Made by a program: the position numbers and the translations under genes. The notes beneath the pieces were generated by a model. That model saw nothing but the letters and a program-made list of their open reading frames with translations, did no database searches and was not told the DNA's origin. Shown in pieces: positions 39,101 to 51,139 of a stretch of 64,000 nucleotides of DNA (its first letter is position 1; each line of letters opens with the position of its first letter). Origin of the DNA: Lama guanicoe (lineage: Eukaryota); assembly GCA_013239625.1 (NCBI GenBank), contig MU056000.1, positions 372,001-436,000 of the forward strand. Direction: 5' to 3'.

Positions 39101-39820
39101 TTGATTGCGGGTTCTGTGCCCACACGCGGTAAGAAAACATAACACCCCTCCCGGGAAGCTTCTGGATTTGCAAACCGCAGTCTGACACTCTCACCTGCGC
39201 CGATCACGAACTGTAAAGCTAATGCCGACTGAGAGGGGCTTGAGACCCCGAGAGGGGCGGCAGAGTCCCCGCCAAAGGAACACACTCATTCTGGGCCCCT
39301 GGACACAAACAGCCCTTCCTGTGGCCCTAGGTCTCCTAAAACTCGGGCTATATGACAGTGGCTCATTTCAGACCCTCTAAGCCCTATTTTCGGAGAGCGC
39401 CGCCTGGCTAGCAGCCACCACCCCAGGCCTGGGCGTTGAGGAACAGTGTTTATGTCGGTGGACACGGAGAGGGGAGGGGCTGCAACGGGCGCTCTCCGCC
39501 GCGTTACGCACCGACGCGAAGAAAGGCCACAGCGCCTCCTCATTCAGGGCCCAATTATAAACCTGTCCTTTGCACCGACGGCCACTCCCGCCCGCGCTCC
39601 TGCGCCCCAAGACCCGCGCCCCGATGCAGCCGCGGAGGCCAGAGCGCCGGGCGAATCGCCTGCAAGCTCCGGGCGCGGGGCGCACAGAGGCACTGGGCCT
39701 TGGGGAAGGGGCGCGGGCGCGCTCCGGGAATGAGTGGCGTGCACCGGCCTGCGGGCGCAGGTGGCAGAAGCGGCGCGTCCTGCGCGCCGCTCCCCGAGAC
39801 CGAGCCCCGCGGCCACTTAC

Positions 39821-39900
39821 CTCGGAGATGCGGCGACTGCAGCGGCGGCGCCTCCGCGACTCGGTCGCGCGCGACCCGGTGCCCGGCCTGCGCTCGCGCC
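39821..39900 (-). other. TPPP: TPPP non-coding exon 1 (5' end approximate)
   Basis: Consensus donor GAG|gtaagt at 39821/39820 inside the CpG island, with no upstream ATG in this segment. It would splice to the acceptor just before the ATG, giving an intron of about 13.7 kb. Confidence 0.78.
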
Positions 39901-40015
39901 ACCGCCCCCAGCCCGTCGGCCCCACCCACAGGCCGGCCAGCCCCGCCCCCGGCCTCTAGCCCGCCCTAGACCCGCCGGGCCCCACCACTGGCCCGCCCCG
40001 GCTCCCCGCTTCCGC

Positions 40016-40164
40016 GCCTGAGCAGCCCCACGCCCTGCCCGGCCCGCGTTCTCATTGGAGGACGCGGCCTGTTGGCCGGGCCCCAAGCTTCCCAGCCTGA
40101 GCAGCCCCACGCCCTGCCCGGCCCGCGTTCTCATTGGAGGACGCGGCCTGTTGGCCGGGCCCCA
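40016..40164. repeat. Perfect 70-bp direct duplication (40016-40085 and 40095-40164) in the TPPP promoter
   Basis: GCCTGAGCAGCCCCACGCCCTGCCCGGCCCGCGTTCTCATTGGAGGACGCGGCCTGTTGGCCGGGCCCCA occurs twice, with a 9-bp spacer. Confidence 0.96.
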
Positions 40165-41450
40165 CTGGCCCCCACCCGACACGCCCCTCAGGCCCTCCCT
40201 GCGCGCTCTGGGCGGCTCCGCCCCGGCCCCTCCCGCCCGGGAGCGCGGGGCGATCGAGGCAGCCGGAGCGCAGCCTCTGCCTTACAAGGCGGGTCGGCGC
40301 GGGCCCCGGGGCCAAGCGGCTCCGCGCGGCGCGGGGCGGGGGCGGTGCCTGTGCGGCCCACTTGGCCCCACGGGACCCCGGACGCGGGTGGGTGGATGGG
40401 CTCCCCGATGGGCCTCCCAGGCGGGGCGACCAGGTGCTGGCCTCCCCACGGAGACTCGCGGGCCAACACAGGGATTCCGGGTAATGGGGCTCGGCCCCAA
40501 CGGAGGGGGCTCAGGGTGGGGCGGGAAGTGCGGCCGCTCCCCGAGAGTTTGGTGGACGGCAGGAGCGTGGGGCGAGCGCCTGGGTGGGGTCGGGCCGAGG
40601 CGGGGAGGCGGATCCGTGCCGGGCACTAGGCGCGGTGCGCAGCTGGGCCGTTTTCCCCGGAACAAGCGGCGGCAGCGCCCCCCCACCACCCCCGCCAACT
40701 CCAGCTGGAGGCCTGCAGTCCTGTGTACGACATGGGCCTCCGCGGGTCACCCGTGAGAAAACCGCAGTCCTGTCTCTTCCCTTTTCTCCTCTCTTTTCTC
40801 TGGACACCTGCTGCCCCTCCCCACCAGGCAGGCTCTGCGCCGCGAGGGAGTGTCCCATCCTTGGGCAGGAGGTTGCTCAGCGGAAGGTTCTGGGGCTGGG
40901 CTGACGGGAGGGACTGATGCTGAGAGCTGGGACTTGGGGCGCAGGGCCTCCCTCTTTATCCTCCAGGACCCCCTCCTGTGGAGGCTGCCCTCCCCTCCCA
41001 GCTGCAGAGCCCACCCACCACCACCAACCCCGCAGCATTCTTGCAGGCTCTGTCCTCGGTCCTGGCTGCAGGGACCGGGCCCCCACCCTGTACCTGGCCC
41101 TGCTCCCAGATCTCATCTGAATCAGAAGTGCCGGCAGCAGCTCCTGTCTACGCCCAAGATTCCAGCCAAGCCAGGGAGCCCGGCGAAGGCAGCAGAGGAA
41201 GCTGGAGAGCTGAACCAGAGAAGGGGCCATGCGTGCTGCTGTCCGTGAGGACGGGTTTTCCTGACTCTTCGGGAACCAAGGATGAGCAGGCTCACGCCAC
41301 CAACACCAATGTGGTCCTGGTCCCAGTGCCTTCCACTCAACCCCTCTGGCTTCTACTTCTGCACAAAACTGGCTCAAGTTAGGCTTCTAATTCTCGTTCC
41401 CTGGAAAGTTGCACACTCCGGAAAGCAGGCAAGTCCACAACTCTAGAGTC

Positions 41451-41599
41451 GGTGGGCGGAGTGTAGCTCAGCGGTAGAGCACACGTGCAGCATGGGGGAG
41501 GTCCTGCGCTCAGTCCCCAGTGCCTCCCCTAAAAATAAACTTAATTACCTCCTCCACCAGAAAAAAAATTTAAAAAACGAACAAAAACAAAACACAAAA
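41451..41599 (+). mobile_element. tRNA-derived SINE (Vic-1-like)
   Basis: GTGTAGCTCAGCGGTAGAGC...AAAAATAAACTTAATTACCTCC plus an A-rich tail. Same family as the element at 14-193. Confidence 0.85.
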
Positions 41600-41959
41600 T
41601 CCTCGAGTCGGAAAAACAGGGAAAACAGAGTCCTGCTCCCCATGACTGGCGGTCCTGACGAGGTTGAAGCTGGGCTGTGCCTTCGCTGTCCCACACGGCT
41701 CTGAGCAGCACCGTCGCCTGGAAGTTACTACTAACAATGCAAATGAAATAACGAGAAATACTGCTCACTGTTAAGTTCCCCTTGTTGTGTTAGCCATGAG
41801 GTGAGCATTTAATCCATTTTTCAAAACCTGTGCAAGGGGACCGCTCCGTAGGAGGGGTGATCAGCTGCAGTCTGAGCTCTGTCCTGGGCTTGCCTACACT
41901 TCTCAGCAGCAAGGCACAGAGGCCAGGCTGCGTCTCAGACCGATCTTCAAGAAAACGTG

Positions 41960-42800
41960 TGAGAAAATAGAAATACCTAGGGCCCAAGGGTAAATGTGAT
42001 CACCACATAGTGCATCGGCACTAGTAGGTGTGCAAAGAAGCAAAAAAAAAGACCTATCATGAGAAGATAGTTCTAATTTGAAGCAAACCCAGAACTGACA
42101 CAGGGCAATAAGACAGAATTATGACTTATTCCACATGTGCTAAGAGTGAGTGAGAGACATGGGAGAGATCACCGTAGATTAAATCCATGCAGTCAGATCG
42201 CATGCTTAGCATGCACGAGGTACCGGGTTCAATCCCTAGGACCTTCTCTAAGACTAAAGAAAGACATAACTGAATTACCTCCCCCTACGGAAAAAAAATT
42301 CATGGAGATAAAAACTACAAGGTTTGAGATGAGAAAAACACACTGACCAGGATGCCTGGCAGATTAGGCACTGAAGAAGCATAGCAATGCAGCTACCCAG
42401 AGTGAAGCAGAGAGAAGAGAATTTTTAAAAAACCATCAGGGATCTGAGGGATAGCTGCCACTGCCTACATGTTTAATCCAAGTCCTCGAAGAGGAGGAGA
42501 AAATATTAGGGTTGGGGGTGCAGAAAAAATGCTAGAGGAAACAATGGCCAGAATGTTTCCAAATTTGATGTAAACTGTAAACCACAGGTGCAAGCAGCTC
42601 GAGGAACCCCGGACACAAGGACCGTGGGGGACACTCAGCATGGTGTCCCAGCCATCCTGCTCAGCACGGACTGTGGAAGCAGCAAGGGCAGTGGGGCAGG
42701 TGCGGGGGACACAGCCCACCTGCGCCCGGATGGCAGGCTTACGCAGGCTCTGCTTTGGGAAACGGCCCCACTCGCGTGCCTGAGGAGAGGGCACACTTCC
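41960..42800 (+). mobile_element. Old LINE-1 5'/ORF1 fragment
   Basis: GCAGAAAAAATGCTAGAGGAAACAATGGCCAGAATGTTTCCAAATTTGATG resembles ORF1 EEIMAENFPNL. Confidence 0.72.
42199..42298 (+). mobile_element. 5'-truncated or diverged Vic-1-like SINE within an L1 fragment
   Basis: CGCATGCTTAGCATGCACGAGGTACCGGGTTCAATCCC...AATTACCTCCCCCTACGGAAAAAAAA. Confidence 0.78.
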
Positions 42801-42959
42801 TAAAAAGGGAGTCCAGTGTCCCGCAGACGCCTGGTGGACCCGGCTCATTCGCTGTGTTGTCCAAATCTGCATTTTCGCTCCTTTCGCAATCCAGGGGCCT
42901 GATGCGGGTGAGGGGTGTGTTGAAAGCACTTCTCCAGCGTCCCTGTGGCTTCTGTCAAT

Positions 42960-43900
42960 GTTTGCTCTGCATCTGTTCCTTCTTGGTTTTTATCTTTGCA
43001 AAGTCCCCTTAGTGCAGATTTGTTGGTGGTAACTGAGCTTTTATTTGTCTAAAAATGTGGGGTTTGCTCTTTTTCCTAAAGAGACGTTGCTGGGTACACG
43101 TGTCCAGGCTGACAGCTACTTTCTGTCACATGTGCACCGCTCCTTCTGTTTTCACCATCGAGAAGGCTGCTGTCCGTCAGCTCTTCCTCTGTAGGTGATG
43201 TTCCGTCTGATGGCCTTTAAAGTCACACTGTCTGTGGTGTCTGCCTCTCCCTACAAGATGTGCAGGAGTGGCTTTCTTATCTGTGCAGCTGGTTATAGAT
43301 GACGCCTCCTGCACCTGCTCGTCATGCCGTGTAATTTCAGGGAAACACCCACAGCATCTCTTAGAATCCCCCCGACAGTCTCTTGTCTCCCTGGTCTCCA
43401 TCCAGACTCGTCTTAGGCCCCATTCTGTCCTCCAGTGCTTAACCTCTCCTTCATGCTGTCCATCTCTCACCCTCTCTCCTGCGTCTGCTTTCTGAGTAAT
43501 TTCTGAGGATTACTTTCCAGTTTAATCATTCTTTCTTCATCTGTGTTTAATCTGCTGTTTAATTTAGCTGTTAAGTTTAATTTAACAGGTGTATTTATTC
43601 CTGAAAGCTGTTTGGGTCTCTTACGTACCTTCCTGACACGTAGAAAGCCTTCTTGTGGCTCATTCTCGGGGTCTTCCTGCATTTAAATGTATCATGCATC
43701 CTATGGAATATTCTGTATTTCCAGTTCCAGACCAGAAGCTTCTGGGCCTAAACTTCCTTTATTGTTTCCTTTGACTCCCACTCACATTGGTGTGTTTTCT
43801 TTGTGGTCTTTGTTCGCGAGCTTATTTTGATCGATCTTAAACTCTGAAGCCTAGAAGTCTACGAGATGTAAGCTCTTAACCTTAGTTCAGCTCATTTCTG
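42960..43900 (-). mobile_element. Old LINE-1 ORF1 fragment, antisense
   Basis: TTCCAGTTTAATCATTCTTTCTTCATCTGTGTTTAATCTGCTGTTTAA; the minus ORF reads LNSRLNTDEERMIKLE. Confidence 0.7.
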
Positions 43901-44084
43901 CCGGAGTCCCTGAGTTAGCCTTGGACTCTTACAGTCAGCTCTGCTTTTGGTTCAAGGCCTGGTTTCAAAGAAGCCCCATCCTTCTGTGTGCTCATGCTTT
44001 ACCTCCAAGCTCACTTTCTTTCTCTAGTTTCTTGACGATTTTCTTACTTTCTTTAACTGAGGATGCCATAAAAATGCATTTTTT

Positions 44085-44295
44085 CATCAACAGATGACTG
44101 GATGGGGAAGCTGTGGTATACATACACATGGAATCCTACTCAGCCATGAAAAAGAGTAAAGTAATGCCATTTGCAGCAACATGCATGGACCTGGAGATCG
44201 TCATTCTAGGTGAAGTGAGCCAGAGAGAGACAAGTGCCATGTGACATCACTGTATCTGGAATCTGAAAAAAGGGACACAAATGAACTAATTATTT
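44085..44295 (+). mobile_element. LINE-1 ORF2 end / 3'UTR fragment, comparatively well preserved
   Basis: ATGGAATCCTACTCAGCCATGAAAAAG...ATGCCATTTGCAGCAACATGCATGGACCTGGAGATCGTCATTCTAGGTGAAGTGAGCCAG. Confidence 0.88.
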
Positions 44296-45807
44296 GTAAC
44301 TTAGATGACTGATTTCTTGAACATGTGAAGCACATCTGACTGTCCGTTATAATTGGATCACCGCATTCTGTTGATCCTTATTTTGTTGTTGGCTTTATTC
44401 CTTTGATGACTAAGTAAGTTTTTTTTAAAAAGCTAAAGATCTAAACTGTTCTTAGAAACAATGAACAGCACACGTATGTAAACGGAAACAAGTATGTGCA
44501 TGTGTTGCACACATGTGTTTACATACAATACACTATATATGTGCAAAGTGTAACAATTCTACCTAATAAAACTGAAAAATGAAAAAAAAGCAATTTTTAG
44601 CAAGTGAAGCCTCCATCCTGCAGCCTGGAAACCCTTCCTTCGTGTCTCGCTTGCGGGTCTTAGTTCGAATCCGTGACTCAGGTGGGCCATCCTTTGGTCA
44701 GTGCTTTCCAGCTTCTGAACCTGCTTCCTACTAGGGGGCCGTCTGGTTTCTGGGCTTGAGTGGGAGGCAGAGACCATCCCCCCCGGATGCTGGAGGCTCG
44801 CCTTTCTTCAGGTCGAGGTCAGGTGAGAGGCTGGGTTCCCCCAGGAGCCCACATGGACTTTCTTATGCGTGCAGCCAAGGCCGCTCCTGTGACCACAATC
44901 CAGTCAAGTCACTTGGGTGACAGCAGGTCCACTAGCAGGTCCGGGGGGACCGGGTCTCTGCAGACTTAGGGGGCTGGGACTGGGGCAGGAGCCAGAGTGC
45001 AGCCAGCAGCCCAGAGGGACCCTGCCCCAGTGGAGGAAGGCAGAGGGGGCTGGGGGTGGGCAGGGAGCAGGTGTGGGGTGGGTGCCCCAGGAGGCAGGCA
45101 GGAGGGGTCAGCAGCCTCCAGCTTGGAGGCAGGGCCCACTGACCACGTTGATGGGGACAGGGAGGGTGGGGCGGGGCTGCAGGAGGGCTGGCTCACCCTG
45201 GAGAGGCCCAAGGGCCCACGGGGGTCTTCCTGGTGGTCCCCAAGGGAGAACACGGCTGTCAGGAGGAAGGACCTGGAGACAGACTCAGCGACTGAAGAAG
45301 ATCATGGGAGTGAGCAGGTGAGGCCAAGGGTCTACTGGTGTTCGACCACGTGTGCTCACCTGACGAGGGACCACACAGGTGGGCCTGCAGGGTCAGGCCT
45401 CTGGGAAGCAGACATCATTACCACGTAGCTCACGTAGCCCACGGAGGAGGAAACGGGAATGTTAAGGAGCCTGCCCCAGGGCCACCTGCTCCAGGAAGCA
45501 TGGTCATAGCAAGCGTGACCATGGTGGCACCAGAGTGTGGCTGCCACTGGGCCCATCAGGGCACCGCCTGTGGTGACCCAGTGTAGGCGAGAGCCTGGCC
45601 AGCTGGGGGCAGGGAAGTGGCGGTTACGAGGCTGGGGCCGCTCCCACCTGGGGACTGGCCTGGCCCAGACCCAGGCCTGCTCACACCGGGCTTCAGAGCC
45701 CAGCACTGGGCGGCTCGGGTGTGCAGGACCCAAGAGGTCTGAGCCCGGCTCACCGACAGCCCTCTGCCGGAAGCAAGGACTTAAAGTCTACCAAGACTGA
45801 GTTCAAG

Positions 45808-45813
45808 TTTATT
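45808..45813 (-). terminator. ZDHHC11: Probable poly(A) signal of the ZDHHC11-like gene
   Basis: TTTATT on +, in an AT-rich patch about 660 nt past the predicted stop at 46472. Confidence 0.65.
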
Positions 45814-46471
45814 GCCATTACAATTCAGTTTTATGATTTGCTATAAAACTGTGACTAAGGAATTCTGAAGGATTTTCTTTAAAACTACTTAAATTCATCA
45901 CCATTATCAACACGGACAATCAATGAAAGTGAAGACACTGCACCCCGCCCGCCTCGACTCCGCTCTCCTTCTGGAACAAGAGACGTGATCAGGAACCTGC
46001 GCTGCCGCTAAAGCACAGCTTCCGAAGCGAGTGAGACGCAGAGCTCGTTCAGACCTTTCCAAGCGGCCCAAACCGGAGTGGGGCTCTGTTCCCTCCTCTT
46101 CCCCGGCTTAGGAAGAGCGTGAGGCCCTGTGCAGGCGGCGTCTGAAGGCGGGCGTCAGGTGCCCAGCATCTCTGCCTCCAAGCGGAAGCCGGGCCAGCTC
46201 TGCGGGGGGGGGCTTCCTGGGGGTCTTGGGGGACGAACTTGCTCTAAACGCCCAGAGGGGGCCCGTCCCTGGGCTCCTCCGAGTCCTCGAGCATCACGAT
46301 CACGGTGAAGGCGGTAGTGTCCCCAGGCTTGGTGGCCCCCTGGAGGGGGCAGCCCTGCTCCTGACGGATGAGAGAGGTCATCTCAATCCCACACTCCCCC
46401 CGAGCGGCCCGCAGGCCCTGGGCCGGCCGGGTGGCCCACAGAGCCGCCTCCTGCTCAGGCTCTGACTGTCC

Positions 46472-46747
46472 TCAGGGCGTCTCCTGGATGGCCTGCTCCT
46501 CCTCCAGCTTGGGCATATAGATGACGGTGGTCTCCAGCACCCAGCACTCCTGGCGTCCAGGGAGGGCATCCTGGGGCCTCAGGGGCTGCACATCCTGGTT
46601 GCCGTCCTGCAGCGACTGCGGGAGTGGGAGGTTTTCCGGGGCCGACTCCCCAGACGGGATCTCGGAGGAGAGGGGCTCCTGGATGGGGCACTCGGCCAGT
46701 GCAGGCCCCTCAGCTCCTGTGGGTAAAGGAACTGTGACCATGGGCAC
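46472..46747 (-). CDS. ZDHHC11: Predicted terminal coding exon of the ZDHHC11-like gene (91 aa, acidic and Pro-rich)
   Basis: Acceptor cccctccctcctag|GTG, open in phase 0 as VPMVTVPLPTG...IQETP*. Gene identity rests on synteny (CEP72-TPPP-ZDHHC11); the DHHC domain is outside the window. Confidence 0.55.
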   Translation of the reverse strand: MPMVTVPLPTGAEGPALAECPIQEPLSSEIPSGESAPENLPLPQSLQDGNQDVQPLRPQDALPGRQECWVLETTVIYMPKLEEEQAIQETP

Positions 46748-47599
46748 CTAGGAGGGAGGGGCGCAGGGGGCAAACAGCATGGAGCCCCCACGGCCACAGC
46801 GCACGGCTGGCCTTCCCGCAAAGACTGGCAGGCGCTCCTGCACCTCTTGCCCGGCCCTCTCACTGGGAGGTGGGGCTGGCTCCCGGCTCGGGCCCCAGGA
46901 GAGCACCTGGGGTCCTACATGGAGCACACTCGCAGCTGGGGCTTGGAGCACCCTCCTCCCCAGCCCGGCTCCCCCCGCCCAACCCTAGTCACAGCAGCCG
47001 AGGGTCCCCACGACCCTCATTGCGAAGTATAAAAACTTTCACCACATCAGAGAAAAATGAAGGAGTGACAGCCCAGGTTAGGAGCCCCGGGTGGGGACCC
47101 TGTGCATCCTCTCTGGTCACGTCCCCTCCCACCTCCGTGGCCAACAGGTGAGCACGCGGGCAGCCTTCCCTCCGCTGTCACACACATCCAGTGCGCCTCG
47201 CACACGCAGCCAGCCTCTCTTAACAGCTTTGCTGTTTTCCGCCCGTTTTTCACCATCACAGATGAAACCACAGCCCCCTCCCGTTTCCTCCTCCCCAGGG
47301 CATGGAGGCCGCATCCGCCCGTCCGGTAGGCCTGGGTCTGCGACGCCGCCTGCTCTCGGTGAGCGCGACACGGCCCCTCTGGAAAGCACCCTTGAGCTTT
47401 GTAACTTCTCCACGGGTCCTGTGCGTCTTCTGTCAGAGTTACTCCCAGTGACTCGTTTTCTAGGCGTGCTGTTGTCCATTTCCCCTAACACTCGTGACTC
47501 ACGTGTGGAAACGTCCGTGTGACCCTCACTCCGACCAGGCTCGGTGGTGGGGTGTTGCTGCCGAGGCCCCCCCAGCACGCTGCTCAAGGTGCGGCTCAG

Positions 47600-48300
47600 C
47601 CTTGCTCTGGCCTCCATTAGGATGAGCGAGGTCAGTTCGTGAATGACTCCTTGGAAGATAATCTGTCACTAGATATTTTAAAGTTTCTTTCCTTTTGCCA
47701 GTTTGCTCATGGTATGTCTAGAATTTTATTTACTTTAATTTGTACCCGACGACGGTGTTGGCAAACTCTCAGCCATCGTCTCTTTAAAGATTGCCCCTCC
47801 CCAGCCTTCCCTCTCCTCTCTCTGGGGCTTGGCTGGCGGGAAGCACAGCCTTCGCCCTCGGCCGGCCCTCCTCCTCCTGTTCGGCGCGTCTTGGTCCCGG
47901 CGCACCGACTCCGGCAGGGTCCTCGGCGGCCGTTCTCACCGGGTCTGTTTCCAGCCGCGGCTGCTGCGCTGTCGAGTCCATCAGTCAATTTGTACATTTC
48001 AGGGATATTCTTTGCATTTCTGTGTGTTTTACTCAGTCCTTTTTCAAAAGTGGTCATTTAAAACGTTCTCCTGTTCTCTCCAGATATTCTAAACTTTGCC
48101 TTTCGTTTCTCTAAAGAAAATCGTCATAGTCACGTTGCGCTTCCATCTGCGGCCTCCGGCCTGAAGTCTCTGTGTGTCTGTTTCTGCTGTGTTTCTGCTG
48201 GCCTCACTCAAGGGCTTTGTTCCCATGTGTGGTCAGTCACTTTTCATTGAAGCTGCTCATTCTCGTGTACTTCTGTTTGTGATTCTTGGTGGTTCCTCGG
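47600..48300 (-). mobile_element. Very old LINE-1-like fragment, antisense
   Basis: T-rich text resembling antisense ORF1, e.g. TCAGTCAATTTGTACATTTCAGGGATATTCTTTGCATTTC. Highly diverged. Confidence 0.5.
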
Positions 48301-49560
48301 ACAGGCTCGGCCTGGCTCCCAGGGGGCTGGGCCTGGCTCCCTCTGTGTCAGGTCTCAGCTGGGAGGTCTGTGGGACCACCCGCATGCCGCAGAGCCGGGG
48401 ACAGCCTGGGGTTCCCTGCAGTCAGCAGTGACTGTTCTCTTTTCCGCTCACCTCCAAGGTTTGAGGCGGCCGGTTATTGCTGTGTCCTTTGTGGGTACAG
48501 AACTGGGTCCCTCTGGTTCACCTCCACAGTGGGATACAGTCATTTGGGGGTCCCAGTTTTATAGGACAACTGACCCCATCTTTGGCTCTGAACTGGCCTC
48601 CTGTGCATCTGTGAAAACCGAGGGCAGCAGGCTGGCAGGTGCCCTGGGGTTCTCTCTGGGCTTCCTCTTTGCCGCCGTCCCCGGCCTGAGAATCCCTCAC
48701 TGCCTGGCAGTTCACCATCGCCTCCCTCCCACACCCCGGCGCTTTGTCCAGAGCGTGAACGTCCCAGTAATCAACTTGCAGACTCCATTGTTCCATCTCT
48801 GCTCCTCTCCCTCTCGTTTAAGCCGTCCGCACCTCGTGGCCCTTGTAGTCCACCTTACATGGACTTACGTCAGAGTCAAGCCGAGACTCCGTCTCCTTCC
48901 CAGCAGTCGGAGTCTTCGAGTCCCACATCGCAGGTGCGCTGAGAAGACGTCCGCCCTCCAGAAGCGCCTTGTGTGCCCTGAAGGAACGTCATCGTCCCGG
49001 ACGTCCGTTGTTTAAAAGCTGAGTGGCACCATCTCAAAAGCGGTCTGGCAGGATGAAGACGTGCCAGCGACGAACACTCTGCCTGAGACTACTCGAAGCT
49101 CTGGCAGGCGGGCCACGGCGGCACCGAATCTGAGCACGCATGCTGCACGCTGGGCCTCTTGTCTCAGCTGAAGGTCAGGCTCCCTTGCTCTGCGTGGTCC
49201 CCGTCCCTCATCGGGATCCAGAGCCCAGACTGGTGGCCGCGCGGGAGGACGCCCAGAGCAGCCCTCGGTGAGGTGCAGACGCCTGCAGGCGGGTGCTTCA
49301 GTGGGCGTCCAGCTCCACCTCCTGGGCCCAGCTTCCTGGCACTGGGTGGGGGGGCAGGGCAAACACGCAGGGCGTCGGGGAGCTGGCTGCTGACCATCCG
49401 GTGAGCTCGAGTGTGTCCTGCACATCACGGAGACAAGCCTCCAGCCCTGACTTTCCACGGTGATTTCTCTCTCTCCTCCTATTTCTTTAGCAAACATCTA
49501 ACTCTCTAGAGAATCAAACTTGAGCAGCTCTCAAATGACCCAGACTACAGAATGTCTTAC

Positions 49561-49636
49561 CTGAAGCGAACACTTCATTTTCAGCAGGCTCTCCGGCTGC
49601 CGTCTGCCCTGTTTCCTGTTGTTGATCCCTTGCAAC
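49561..49636 (-). CDS. ZDHHC11: ZDHHC11-like exon, 76 bp (phase 2 to 0)
   Basis: ttcctctttctgtag| ... TTCAG|gtaaga. Encodes LQGINNRKQGRRQPESLLKMKCSLQ. The nucleotide sequence resembles my recollection of the human ZDHHC11 stop-containing exon. Confidence 0.68.
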
Positions 49637-49971
49637 CTACAGAAAGAGGAATAATTGGGAAGATGCAATGCGGTTTTCGTCATACGGCCAGAGGGGACGA
49701 CGTGGCGGCAAGAAGGCGTCGTGGAGAAAGACAGACCTGCCTCTCCCCGACGGGACGCGGGCAGCACCGCACCTCTCAGAACGCCCGTCTCTGTGTGCTG
49801 CACTGGGGGAAGGGTGCCGGCTTTCTGTCTGCGTGTGCGTCAGGACAGACACCAGCGCTTCGCCTGGCGTGTAGGTGGGGCACCAAAACGGAGGGAAGTG
49901 AGGGTGCCTTCTCCACACAGCCGCTTGACGGTGCTGAGTTCTGGCTACCAGGAAGCCCCAGTGTTTCTCAC

Positions 49972-50027
49972 CCACATCTGAACGCGAGCATTCTGCTCCT
50001 TGCCCTGTGCTGCCCTGACCCAGCGGA
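49972..50027 (-). CDS. ZDHHC11: Candidate ZDHHC11-like exon, 56 bp (phase 0 to 2)
   Basis: ctctcctgtctgcgagcgggcgccag| ... TGTGG|gtgaga. Encodes SAGSGQHRARSRMLAFRC(G). The acceptor is weak, but the exon supplies exactly the phase needed. Confidence 0.42.
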
Positions 50028-51139
50028 CTGGCGCCCGCTCGCAGACAGGAGAGGTGACCAGAGTTCTTGCCAGACTCGCTGAAGGGCCAGGGACGGTACT
50101 TCTACTCTCAGTGTTGTGTGTGGCATGAACCAGCGGCTGGGACTAGGCAAGGTTTTTCTTTGGAAGTTTTGCAAGACCTAGAGGGAAAAACGTCACTAGG
50201 AGACGTCGTTACCAAAACAGCACATTTGCAATATGGTGTGACTCCCTTCCTTGATCCAACACCTAAGATTTATAGTTGAGAGGTAAACAGATACATAAAT
50301 GAGTAAAAATATAACTTCACGGGGAAAGTAGAAGGGAAACCCTTGCTGGGCCAGAAATGACAACTCCCCGAAGAGGAGAAAGAAACGGGCCCAGAGAGAC
50401 GTGGTCGGAGGCAGGTGCTGTGGAGGCACGAGAGGCCCTCACGGAGCCCAGGGGCTGGGCGCGGCTCCCGTGGCCAGCGCGCCGGGTCACCCGCAGGCTG
50501 AGCAGCGGGGCGCTGGGCGCTGCGACAGGCTTTCTGGATCTGCAGGAGCCACAGAGCGTCTGCCCCCAGAGGAAAGCGGCGGGAGCGGTAACCTCGGGGC
50601 GGACGTGGGAGGGAAACACACGCAGGAACGGGGGGCTCCAGAAGGAAAGGGGGGCCGAGGCCCCGCCACAGCAGCCTGAAGGGTTCTGATGGTGAGGGGA
50701 GCGAAGCAGGTGACGAGCCTGGCAGGAGCAGCAGGGAGGACGGGCAGAAGACGGCGTGCTGAGGGGGTGTGCTCCACGTGCGCCACGATGCAGCGCCATT
50801 TTACCTTAGGACAGGGGTGCGGCGGGCGGCTTCAGAGGCCGGCCCTCCACTGAGCAACCGTGCTGCCTAAAGGAGCAACGACCACTGTGTCTCGCTTGGG
50901 AGCCCGATCAGTCCTGGAGCATCTGGGGGGACGGAGACCCCGCCCCGGCCCTCGAGCCCTGCTGCGGCTGCGCGGGGAGCGGCTGGCTGAGGCGACCACT
51001 GGGGACTCTGCACTGTGGGGGTTTGAGGCTGTGAGCTTTGGCTGGCCCGGCCTTGCCCCAACGGTGGGCACAGGCGCCTGCCTAGGTTTTGGCCTCCTTG
51101 GTGGCAGCAGCTTCCCTCCGTGCCATCTACTGGAATGTG

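Larger units (their letters stand above)
39400..40760. promoter_or_regulatory. TPPP: CpG island / TPPP promoter
   Basis: Very high CpG density, multiple GC boxes (CCCCGCCCC, GGGGCGGGG), and CCAAT boxes on - at 40054-40058 and 40133-40137. Confidence 0.88.

Noticed and set aside
42300-43600. Opposed L1 ORF1 fragments as a dsRNA-forming inverted repeat
   Set aside because: Both are highly diverged, I could not see extended complementarity, and there is no evidence they are co-transcribed.
44474-44526. Hairpin GTATGTAAAC...GTTTACATAC, pre-miRNA-like (similar one near 33917-33962)
   Set aside because: Short, bulged and made of alternating purine-pyrimidine low-complexity sequence that pairs by chance.
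48869-48977. Possible extra minus-strand ZDHHC11-like exon with donor GAC|gtaagt
   Set aside because: In phase 0, the phase following the 76-nt exon, it contains a TGA from either candidate acceptor and is not needed for the exon chain. I cannot exclude it as a poison or alternative exon.
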